A stretch of 64,000 nt of DNA, taken from the NCBI GenBank assembly GCA_051294375.1, contig CM119265.1, forward strand, positions 6,036,227 to 6,100,226. The letters are read 5' to 3'. The position numbers were made by a program, and so were the translations under genes. A model generated the notes under the pieces. It did no database searches. It saw nothing but the letters and a program-made list of their open reading frames with translations, and had not been told where the DNA came from. The stretch comes from Paraspadella gotoi (taxonomy: Eukaryota; Animalia; Chaetognatha). Shown here one piece after another: positions 1 to 16,183 of this stretch. Position 1 is the first letter of the stretch. The number at the start of each line of letters is the position of its first letter.

Positions 1-569
1 CAATGGAGGAACCGAGAAAGGTGATAAAGGCAGATTACTTGGGATCCGTTCAAGTGCCCAAACCGACCGGAATGGAAGTATTGTCTCCAGCTATTGAGAA
101 GCTTTCGTCGCGCGTCCCGGTGGAGAGGTGGCAAAAAGTGGAGGTCGCAGTTGCACCCTCTACTGTTCAGGTCATCGACGCCGGGTCGTCGCCGAGCGCG
201 GGCGAAACCATTGCAGAGTGTCGTGTACGTTACTTGTCCTTCATGGGTATAGGGAAAGATGTCTCGATGTACGCCTTTATCATGGACACGTCGGAGGAAG
301 CTTTCATTTGTCACGTATTTCACTGCGCCCCGTCGGCGGCCTTTCTTTGCAAGACGATCGAGGCCGCGTGTAAACTGCGTTTTCAAAAAATTATTGATCG
401 AGAAGCAGGCAAGCGGGGCTCCGGAAAGGAATCCCCCTCGAGTACCGGTAGCTACAGTCTTTTGAGCCCAATCGGAGGATCCAGCCGGTCCGGAATCGGC
501 AGTTCTCTGAAGGAGGGCGTTAGAAGTATGTTTAACAATCTTTCCCAAAAACTTAAGACACCACAGTGA
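1..569 (+). CDS. APBB: 3' end of APBB/FE65-family adaptor (second PTB domain), 5' partial
   Basis: YLGSVQVPKPTGMEVL...ECRVRYLSFMGIGKD...FICHVFHC...IEAACKLRFQK matches the FE65 PID2 domain; stop TGA at 567-569. Confidence 0.85.
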   Translation, partial: MEEPRKVIKADYLGSVQVPKPTGMEVLSPAIEKLSSRVPVERWQKVEVAVAPSTVQVIDAGSSPSAGETIAECRVRYLSFMGIGKDVSMYAFIMDTSEEAFICHVFHCAPSAAFLCKTIEAACKLRFQKIIDREAGKRGSGKESPSSTGSYSLLSPIGGSSRSGIGSSLKEGVRSMFNNLSQKLKTPQ

Positions 570-1914
570 CTTCATTTTAAAGAATTCACTTCATCTCGTT
601 CGGGATGTACTTTAAAATTATAATGCATTATTGCTTGCTATTCGCCTAGTCCTTGATTTAAATGTAAATTTCCGTTTTATCAATGAAAGAATGAAAATAA
701 CAGTATTTTTTTTTTTTGCTATCGTGATTGAGGCGCTTCCTTGTCGCTGCGAGTTATTCATCTGAAAAAAATTGCGTCATCGTATATTATGTGCCTTCTA
801 TCCTATTATCTGTTTCATAAAAGGGCGTGATTTTTCACCGCTTAGGACATTTTTCTTTCAACCGAAGAGATTCCATCAAACCCCAAAAGCAAATCCCTGG
901 CTCTTTTAAATAATACGATGATGATTTGTCTGCTCGCGTTAGTATAGTGTAACCAAATTATTGTTTAAGGTTTTCTAAATCACAGAAATAAATCCCAACT
1001 TTTAACTTTTTAGCTGTGTTTCGACGAAATAATGTCGATCCCAACTAAAAAAATTTACATTGCTTTTAAACTCTTGTTCTTGTGATCTTGTGTTTTTATA
1101 CCTTTGCACACCTCCGTTTCTAATACTGTTTTGTAAAAGGTTTCTAAAATCACTCCCCAGATATTTTTATTAGTATTAGTTCCTGTCTGTCCGGCTAATC
1201 TGCCAAAATATTTTTTTTAATTCAAATTTTCGATCACAACAATCCTCTTACCTAATTAAAATCGCATGGATCTCTTTTTCGTCACCGTATATATGTTTGT
1301 GTCCTTGTAAGACTCAATAGTGTTTATATAAAATACGGTTTGACATCTTATACATTATATATCAGAGATCATTTCTATGTCCACTAACATATACTGTTTT
1401 AATCACAAGCAGATATGATTGAGTGCCCGAAATGGCACCGGCGAAGAACGGACGCTTGAAGCTTCCTTTGAAAAAGACTAACACCAAAAATTATCGATCT
1501 ACGAGGAAAACTTTTTTAAAAAATCAAAGATCTGCCTTTCCCAAAGTCTTTGAAAATTTACTCTAGTCCAACCCGTTTGTACGAGCTAAGAACTCAAATC
1601 TATATAAATTTACCTTCTACTGTATACATTCGTAAGCCGAATAAATCTGCAACAAATCGTAACATATCTCATACCAATTTGCCACGAAATTAAAACCAAA
1701 ATGAAGCATATGAATAGACAATCGAAGATTAAGAGCCCATATATAGTTGTTTTGAACGGTAAGGATTTATATTTTTTAATATATATATTACATAACTACT
1801 GAATGTTTTTGAGAGACCATTAACCAAAAATAATTTACGTCGATGGAACTCGACAAACAATTTTAAATACATTGTACTTTTCAGCATCGCGTCGGTAGCC
1901 AATATCATCCCAAA

Positions 1915-7215
<5,301 letters not shown>

Positions 7216-8678
7216 GAGGGGTACGCCGTCGGCGTAGACTCCGAAACTGCCGTCGTGGGCGCAACGGCTTTGGTATCTTGGCCGGATACTTACGACATTG
7301 AAGTCAAAGATTCGCAGCATCCGCCAGCCGTCAAAACTAGTTCTTTCGAGAGTCAAGGAGAGTCGCGAGGAGCAGTCGCGCTGTCATCCGCTCGTCGAAC
7401 TCACCTTATGCGAGCGCCCCGAGCCGTCAGCTCCGTTGGATCCTTTGGCAGCGCTTCGTCCTGCAGCCTGGATCTGCCCGGAACCTCCGGCACACATCGC
7501 CTCTCCCCCAATTCTCCAACCTCCCCGCGGGGACCTTCTCCCTCTACTCCTTCGACTTCGCCCAGTCACTTAGCCCTCCGCCGCGGCGCTATGCATTTTC
7601 GCAGCTCCTCAACCAACACCACGAGTTCGACAACCTCGGGCATGTGCTCCTTGTCCTCAGTCGACTCACTGGAGGAGGCGGCTGGCTGGCCGACAATCGA
7701 TGAAGGCGGCGATCGGGAAGAATCCTCGGAGAGGATCGACGTTAGGCCAAAGTTTCCCCTGTTGGCGCTTCTTAAGGACGAGGACGGCGGCGGTTCGATC
7801 GATCAAAAAAATAAGCCGACCGACTCTTTGAGTTCGTCAAAAAATAGGGATTTCCAAGATTTGTGAGTTTTATTTTATTTTCCTCCTAGATTCTTCCCAA
7901 TTCTTTTTTGTTTGTGTCAATCCATCCAGTTTTTTAAAAAAACCCAAAAACCGTTGATATTATATCTGGCATGAAAAAAAAACTCTTTTCTCAGTGAAGA
8001 TAGCTTTTGGTGTTAGGTGCCTCTTTCTCTTTTCCCTTTGTTTCCTTTGATGTTGCGAAGTGGACACCTTTCTCTACGATATACTTTGTGCTAAGCTCTA
8101 TGCATACCGCGTACCCAGCTTGTTTTACTATACCTTTTTCTGTCCCTTCTTTTTCTATATCGCTATTGCACATTGTTATAAATGTATTCATGTTAAAAGG
8201 ATACAAAGTTGTTCATATCTATTTTATATTTCCTTCCCCCTTGACAAACTCATCTAGGAATTCAATGTTGCTCATCATACCATGTCCTGGCAATTCTTAT
8301 ATAAGATTTTTTCTAAGTCACGTTTTCATGTGAGAAACCTTTTTTGTTATTTGTGCACACGACGTGTAAATGTGATCGATGAAAACAAAAAAAAATCTTC
8401 TCTTGAATATTTCGAGACGAATCTAGTTTATTCTCCGTCAATTCTCGTGATATTGTTATCCTTTCCTCGCTTTTTTGACCTTCGTTTATCTCGATTATTT
8501 TTTAGATAATGACTCGGTAGCCTTGTTGCAAACTATTACATTATCACCACGAATAAAATTGTTACTGTTACATATTTCGATTTATATTTACTGACGTTAA
8601 ACCTTAAGAGCGTCGAGGTTAATAATAATTTTCAAGTTAGCTATTTTTAGGTTTCCATAAGCTACTATCTTCGTCAAT

Positions 8679-11565
8679 ATGCAATCTAGCGATAAAACGC
8701 TCACCCGTGCTCTTCAACTAGAAAATCGTCTTTCCTCCTTGATAGACATGACGGAAAAAGCTGAGGCCATGGTGAGGACCCGACGAAACGAGGCGTTGAC
8801 GAAGCTCGAAGAGTCCTATGTTGAACTTGCGAAGCGCAGAGGAGCCATGACGACGCAGATCCGAGCTGCGGCCGGGGTTAAGTCTAAGTCTCTAGACCGG
8901 CTCAAATGTTCGCTCGTCGCCAGGAAAATCGAGCTGGAATCGGTAATGGCCAACTGCCAACAACTTCAGCGCGCAAACAACCTCGAGAAAGAATCGCAGG
9001 TCCGATACAAGCTGGACCGATTCCTGCTCTCTTCCGATCTTGATTTCGAGTCCGAGTTGGCCAATATTAATCTTTGGTCTCATCTCGAGTTTTATTCCCA
9101 AAATGTCAGCCTCGGTCGCGTCGAAACGGGATTCATCGACGAGAGCTCTCTTCGTTTTCGCCACCAGCCAGAAGATACCGTGGCTCTAGAGTCTGGCGGT
9201 CGTGTCATATTAGACGTGCTATTCTCGACCCATCCGGTTCCAGCCTCAATGTCGGATTACGACTGGTTACTTGCTGTCAAACAACAGGCCGCCAACAGTT
9301 TAAGCCTTCGTGTGGAATCGAAGTGTCAAGAAGTTGTCGAGTTTGTTTTCTTCAAATTCACCAAAGTCGTCCCCGATGGGTTTCAGGCTTCGTTTTTTGG
9401 CCAGGTTAAAGCGCTTGGGGTACACAAAGTTTTCATTCTTGTAGACGATGAGCCCATAGTCGAAACACCGATTCATTTAAAGTTTGGCGACGCGACAGTG
9501 GATTCGATGGAGCTCGGAATCGTATCGATCGAAAATGGAGTCGCGACTCCCGTTAACGGAGAGTATAAAGTACCGGGTATCTTTCGCAAGTACGGGCCGC
9601 GCGTTTTTAAGGGCAGGGCGAAATTCTTTGACCAATCGCCCACAGAGAAAATTAAGGAAGAGTCTTTTTCGATTTCACAAGCACAAAATACTACAAGTCA
9701 AAAACTTGACAAGTATGTAGGGGGTGTTTAGTTTGAAACGATTATTACAGTTTAAATTTTCAAGTAAACCATTTCGTTATTATGATAGTAGTGAAGGCAC
9801 AAGTTTTAACATGAATCATATTTGATGTTATATTTTTTATACAATGTATAGAATGGAGATAGTCTACTAGCTCTAGTTTTACAGTTAGTCAACCCTTTAA
9901 TCATTTACTTTTTTCATCTGCTTGGACCGTAAATGACAAAGCATATCGCATAAAATGTTTACCCTCTTTTATCCTCCTCGTTTGTATACAATAAAAACTA
10001 ATTATTTAATTTATTGACTATCTGTACAATTATAATAATAAATATAGCTATCCAAATTAAGCACCCCTTCCCCAACTTTAAGTTTGTTTGAAAATGGTTT
10101 AAACGAAACCGATTCACGTTTAGGAAATAGTGATTCCTCGTCAAAAAGTACAGTGATTGGTTTGGAAGCAGAACACGAAGAATTACAAATAGAAAAATCC
10201 CATTCTCCTGGGTACGATAACAAGTGCGAAGCGACTCCCGATAAATTTATGCCTTTTCGACAACAAATTTCAGGGATTTGTATAAAGAAAGATAAGTCAT
10301 CTAATAATCCCAAAGACGTCAATGGTGTCAATGACCTGTTGCAAAAACCGAGCAACCTGACAACAAGGTCAAATGGAAGTATCTTTAAAGAGCAAAGACT
10401 AGAAAACGATAGGACTCAGTGCGATGGCGAAGCAACTGAAATAAATGAAAAATTACCTTTATTTGCCCGAAAAGAAAATGGTGTCGAAGATAAAAAAAAT
10501 AATACAAATAGAAGTCAGCATTCTTCCTCTGAGGGCCGCATAGTCTCCGATGCTCTGAAAACCTACCTTCAAAGATTTCTGAAACATCAGAACAAAGATA
10601 GCGTCCGAAATATAAATCCCTCTTCTCTGGAAGTTTCATCTGGCATCAAAAACGAAAACCTCAACCTCTCTGAGCTATTTCGCGGAAAGCGAGAAATCAT
10701 AGCCACCCGTCGAGGAACCGTCGGCCAAACCGGTGCGGGAAAGTTGGACTATCCCATCGGGATTTGTGTCGACGACGAACCTGACGGAACCGAAAATCTT
10801 TACGTCTGCGACTCGAAGTGTCATAGAGTCGTGGTTTATTCCAAATCCGGACAATACATACGTTACATCGGGAAGCGCTGCCTCGATAAGAGCTCCTGGA
10901 AGCCCGAAGAGTTTCATCGTCCTTCGGGGGTAGTCTGTACTGGCAGATTTGTTTTTGTCAAGGATCTTTATCGTATTCAAAAGTTTGACCGCGAAGGTAA
11001 TTTTCTCCTTTCTTTTGGTGCCGAGGAGCTTACAGAACCCTACGGGCTCATACTTAACAGCTACGGACACTTGGTCACCGTCGACGTTCGGGAAGGTAAA
11101 CCCTTTATCTGTATCTTCAACCAAGACGGGCGCTTGCAGCACAACCGCGTTCTTAAAGCTCTCGACGACAGAGACATCATTGCTCGTCTTGGCATTGATC
11201 CCAAGGGCTCCAAGTGCCGTTTCTTGGGGATTCACTCGGACCAGATTCACGTCGTTGATCTGGGTTTAAATAAAATCTTCGTCTGCGACTACGACGGAAA
11301 TTTCATTTCTGTGTTCGGCTCCGGTGGTCGAGGGGACGGCCAGTTTCAGGACGCCGCCGGAATAGCCTTTGACTCGGCAGGCAATTGTGTCGTAGCGGAT
11401 TCTAGAAACTGCCGACTCAATGCTTTCGACGCAAAGGGAAATTCGCTTGGGGTTGTCAGGACGACTGACAGCGCCAGGCGACCGTCGTCCATCGCGATTT
11501 CCAGAGCCGGCGATTTATTTGTTTGCAGTATTTGGGAAAATTGCGTCAAAAAGTTTTCATTTTAG
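8679..11565 (+). CDS. Coiled-coil + filamin-like + NHL-repeat protein (TRIM2/3/71-like, no RING/B-box seen)
   Basis: The first ORF has an N-terminal coiled coil and a filamin-like end (GVHKVFILVDDEPIVETP). The second ORF has NHL repeats (GKLDYPIGICVD, FHRPSGV, GDGQFQDAAGIAFDSAGNCVVADSRNCR). The linking exon(s) in 9713-10047 are uncertain. Confidence 0.75.
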
Positions 11566-12007
11566 CTTTAATTTAGCACTACCCTAGATTAAATATAAAT
11601 TCAGTTTAGAAAATGAATCAACTGAAGAGATGAGATTATATACCACAAGTCAATGTTTTTTCTGGACGATCCTTTTTGTTGTCTTTTAGACGGAATTCGT
11701 CTTTGAACTTCGAACATCGTAGAGTTATGGAATTTTTTTGGGTTTGCAGGTGTTGCTGTATTAATTACTGTACTTGTTAAAAATTATTTATTCGTGAGAT
11801 AAATTCAATTCATTCATCATGAATCTTTCTGATTACATTTATTGTGCGTTTTGAAGGGACTTAGAGTGATAAGCAAGTGTTTAAGTTTGACGAGAATTTT
11901 CTCTGTAACAATGTCTATAGCCGTAACACATCTAATGGAAATATTTGAATAGATAAGGGAAAAAAAATATTTTACAGAATTTATTGATAGGCCTATGTTC
12001 AATTATT

Positions 12008-12463
12008 CAGTCATGTGCAAAAAAATCGGGCCACTTTACATCTTTGAAAATCAGATTATATACTTAGATTTTTTTTTATTTAAAAGTAAATTTGACTTTA
12101 TTAAAAGATGAACAATTTGGTATAAATTAAAATAAAATTGCTATTATGTAAGTGGGACAGAGCTCTAGACGGACCGACCGACAAGTGAGTGATTGTTGCT
12201 CCGCGAATACTCGCGGCGCTTCTAAAAATATGATGATAGGTTAATGTTTCTGAAGTTTTAAAATAAAATTTGATTTTCTTTTTTGGTTTTGGAACATTCA
12301 AGTTTAAGAAATTATATATTTAAACCATTTGACCGATTGTAATTAATTTATATAAATTATTTTTTTTAAATTTTATTTCTCTTATATAATTTTTTAAAAT
12401 AATTTCATGGAGTGTCTGGAATATTAAGTTAAAAAGTGGCGCGTTTTTTTTTGGACATGAGTG
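12008..12463. mobile_element. Tc1/mariner-type MITE
   Basis: Imperfect ~30 bp TIR: CAGTCATGTGCAAAAAAATCGGGCCACTTT versus the reverse complement of AAAGTGGCGCGTTTTTTTTTGGACATGAGTG; TA on the right flank only. Confidence 0.7.
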
Positions 12464-12689
12464 TACCTTAGAATTTTAGATTTGTTTTTAGATCCAGTTA
12501 TTATTGGCGTGCGGAAATCGATACACTTTTTTCTAATTAAAAGTATTTAAGTATAACTCTTAATTATCCAAATTTTTAGGTCAAATCTATTTAATAATTC
12601 AGATTTATTCATAAATAAATCTCAATCATCATGCCAAAACGAAAAGCTGACGGTTTGATCCGCCAGACAAATATTCGAGATTAGTGTTA

Positions 12690-12807
12690 GGCTAAATTTT
12701 ACTTTCGCCGACCCGCGGTAATTTAATTACCCTAACCTTAACCACCCCTAACCACCCTTAAATTACCCTTAACCCCTCCCTAACCCCGGTCGGTGAAAAT
12801 AAAAGTT
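12690..12807. repeat. Short element with ~17 bp inverted ends enclosing degenerate telomere-like (CCCTAA-like) repeats
   Basis: TTTTACTTTCGCCGACC ... CCTAACCTTAACCACCCCTAACCACCCTTAA ... GGTCGGTGAAAATAAAA; an inverted homolog lies at 16742-16924. Confidence 0.8.
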
Positions 12808-13492
12808 AATAAAATAAAATAAAAGTCTCTTAATTGTTTATACACGTGATGGTTATTCATTATTGTTATATAGGAAAAAAATACAAACATATTTTTTTAA
12901 TAAAATATAATATTTCAGTTTTTGATGATTCACCAAAAAAAGTTAATTGGGTAATTTTACTATTCGACGTCCGCAAACAACCAGCGGTCGGTGGTTTGTT
13001 AATCCATTTAATTTAACGTAATCTCAGTATGCGCAGTAATACAAATTTTATAATTATTAATAAGTTTTAAATTTATTTTAAATGCTATTTTATGTTTGAG
13101 GTAAAAAATTATTTGTTTACGTACAATGAGTTTAAAAATCATAAATTTCGGCTTTAATATGAGCCTTCAAGAGCGCAAAAACAAACTAAATTGTAAAACA
13201 AATATTTTTATACCCTCTTTCTTAAAAGTTCAAAGTCTGTAAAAATAATTGTTTTACAAATATCTGAAATTTATGTTTCTTAATAAAACTTGTTGTATAT
13301 AAACAATTTATTTTTTACTTGCTATAAAATAAAAAACAATTTTAAACAATTAATAATGGTTAGCAATTGGGTTAGGGGTGATGAGGGATTAAGGGTAGTT
13401 AGGTTTAGAGAAGGTTTAAAAATAAAATTTGTAATAAAAAGTTTTTTTACCCTTTTTAGTATCCTTTATTTTTCCGTTGCGATATTTTTATA

Positions 13493-14443
13493 CATGGTGA
13501 CAATTTTACAAGCGCCGGTAGAAATACGCTGTCATTTGCAAACCAGTGGTGATTTCATTGATTTTAAAAATTAGTTAAGTAGAACATATTAAAGTCATTT
13601 ATGTATTCAAATTTTATATTAATCAGTTAAGATATGCCTTGGCAATGAGTGGAGAAAGTTGGCTTGTAAAATCGGGTTTCATTTTCAACTCACTGTTTTT
13701 AAATTCAATTTTTTTTCAACTTCTAGCTTTTTTTAAACAAAGTATTTATTAAGATATTAACAATATTAATATCCTCAGAAAGCCCTTTAAAAATGAAGAG
13801 AATGATATACTTATGAAAGCTCTAACATAAAAATTAAGCTGCCCAGCCTTGGTTCAATTAAGAGAGTCAAAAGTTAATTATCTAAAATTTCAAATCTTTT
13901 TTTAAAATATATGACTTGATTAAATTATTATAACATAAAATATTATTATTAAATAAGTATCATGAAAGAGCCTGAATTTAAGAGATTTAGGATAGCCAAT
14001 CACAATTTGATAAAAATTTTAAATTTACCCTGCAGCTATTGATTTTTGGAAATATGTCTTGTTTTTGAGTATCCTAATTGAATTAAAGCTGGGCCGGTTA
14101 AATTTTATACTACAGTATTTGCAAGTATGTATTCTCTTTAGATTTGAAAGGGCTTTCAAAAGATAATAATATTAATATTATTTTATTTAAAATTTCTTCA
14201 GAAAACTTACTGAAAGTAAAAAAAAAATTGAATCTAAAAAAGTGAGTTAGAAAATAAAACCCGATTTTACAAGCCAACTTTCTCCACTCATTGCCAAGGC
14301 ATATCTTAACTGATCAATATAAAATTTGAACACATAAATGACTTTAATATGTTCTACTCAACTAATTTTTAAAATCAATGAAATAACTACTGGTTTGCAA
14401 ATGACAGCGTATTTCTACCGGCGCTTGTAAAATTGTCACCATG
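13493..14443. mobile_element. Long-TIR (foldback-like) MITE with TA target duplication
   Basis: TA|CATGGTGACAATTTTACAAGCGCCGGTAGAAATACGCTGTCATTTGC... is mirrored at ...GCAAATGACAGCGTATTTCTACCGGCGCTTGTAAAATTGTCACCATG|TA. The arms are near-identical for ~190 bp and recognisably inverted for ~370 bp; no ORF. Confidence 0.93.
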
Positions 14444-14595
14444 TATGTCGCTCATAAGAAGCAAAAAACAAATAACCGACCGCAAAATCCTGGTCGGCGA
14501 ATGTAAAAATAAGCCAGTTATACTAGCGACAACTGCTAGTTGTTAAAATTAAAATTAAAATACAATAATCCCAAAAATTTTGATATAAAAAAAAA

Positions 14596-15339
14596 ATGTC
14601 TGGATGATCAAATCATGATCTCAAAGAAACATTTACCACGACTAAAAAAACAACGGTGGTCACGACAAGTACAACTGCAACTGAACACAGCCAGCTAAAG
14701 AAATCAAAGAAGATTGGTTCTCAGTCGGCTTTCACCGAAAAGATCCAGTCTGTCCAGCATTCCGCTTTTTCTTCGGAAGTCGGAATGAAATCAAAGAAAG
14801 GTCAGGGCGTTCCTGCGATGTCTTTTGCTTCGATCTCCCCGATGGAAATGGTCATTCAGCCTGGGCCTTCCAACACATCAAGGAAAGCTCCTTCAAAGAT
14901 TTCGACCGTCAAAGCTATCAGTCATTTCGGAGATTCGTTGTCATCTTCCAACTTTGCGATAGCACCTTCACTCGCTAAGGCACCGTCAGCTAAATCCAAG
15001 AAGTCTGTCGTAGGAAAGTCGATCTGGCTTGTCTACCATAAAATCGGTCGTCAAGACGCTCGTCTCATGGGAGTTTACACCTCGCCCAAGGGAGCGCTGA
15101 AGAATGCGACCGCTATCATGGATAAGGAAACCGGTTGCGCTTGGCGTCAAATGCCGCAGTTGTTCGAAGACATCAAGGATTATAGCTCCAACATTCGATC
15201 CGAGGAAGGCGTTATCTTTGAAGTAAAGCAGAGAGAGGGGGTTAAAATAGTTGTCTCGTTTAAGCAAATGCGTCTTAACGAAAACCTTTCGGGGATGCGA
15301 GAGGAGGAGGAAGAAGAAGACGACGACGACGACGCTTAG
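14596..15339 (+). CDS. Intronless orphan ORF (S/K-rich N-half, small alpha/beta domain, acidic tail); in-frame TGA at codon 4, so possibly a pseudogene or starting at an internal ATG
   Basis: Open frame 14608-15339 with coding-like composition; the ATG at 14596 is in frame but followed by TCT GGA TGA. Confidence 0.5.
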
Positions 15340-16183
15340 TTGGAAGTAATTTTAGGAGTGGCGACAAAATGGAAATGCGTTTACACGCCGCTCGTAGCAA
15401 AAAGCACTTCATGAAACCCGGTTTTAATGATTTACGGTTTTATAATTGCCCTTTATTTTTATCTTTTTTGTGAACTATTTTGCTTTTTTATTGCCGATTA
15501 TTAAGCTAAAAATTGTGACGAGGCGCCGTTGCAAAAAGTAACATTCATTTCGTGATTTTTATTTCCAATTACTTCGTAGATTTGACTAAGTATTTTTCTT
15601 GCGGATTCCTAGAATGCAACTTTCCTCAAGTTTTAAAGTAATCTTCAAATATTTTTTTGATTGGAATATGCGCGACTCAATTCAATATCAGCGAGTTTGA
15701 CTTAGCATTTTATACTTAATTATAAAGGCTGAATAGTACTTTATTCACGATTATTTATTTTGCCAAACTTTTCTTTTTAGCTCGTTTGTGTAATGACTAA
15801 TTATAAGGACCAAAGGTTGACCTTAATAGTTTTTCAATGTTAAATAAACATCCCTTATGACTATTGTCCATAATTTAATATGCATTATGCAATAAGCGTT
15901 AAAAATCCAATCTAGGTTCCGAATGAATTTATTAAAACGTTTCATACTCCAACATTTTTTGACAGTAGGAAATTGCAAATACGGACCAAGAAATATTTAC
16001 TTGCGTAATAAAAATGTTCAGTGCACACAATGACATCTATAAAACTTGTAAATCGTAAATATGCAAAGACTGAAAGAGTTTCTTGCTTCAGATCCACATG
16101 AAAATAGACTAGATATAAGCCATGTTAGAAAGCATACAATCGCCAATGTATAGAATATTAAAACGAATCATTTCCTATTACTT

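Noticed and set aside
1432-1566. Short ORF upstream of klu (MAPAKNGRL...)
   Set aside because: It is only 44 codons with no homology; at most a uORF.
12721-12790. True telomere or CRISPR-like array
   Set aside because: The units are degenerate, short and internal to a repeat element; there is no repeat-spacer structure and the context is eukaryotic.
15340-15520. SECIS element that would make the codon-4 TGA a selenocysteine
   Set aside because: An ATGA...AA occurs near 15410, but there is no correctly placed GA quartet or stem.
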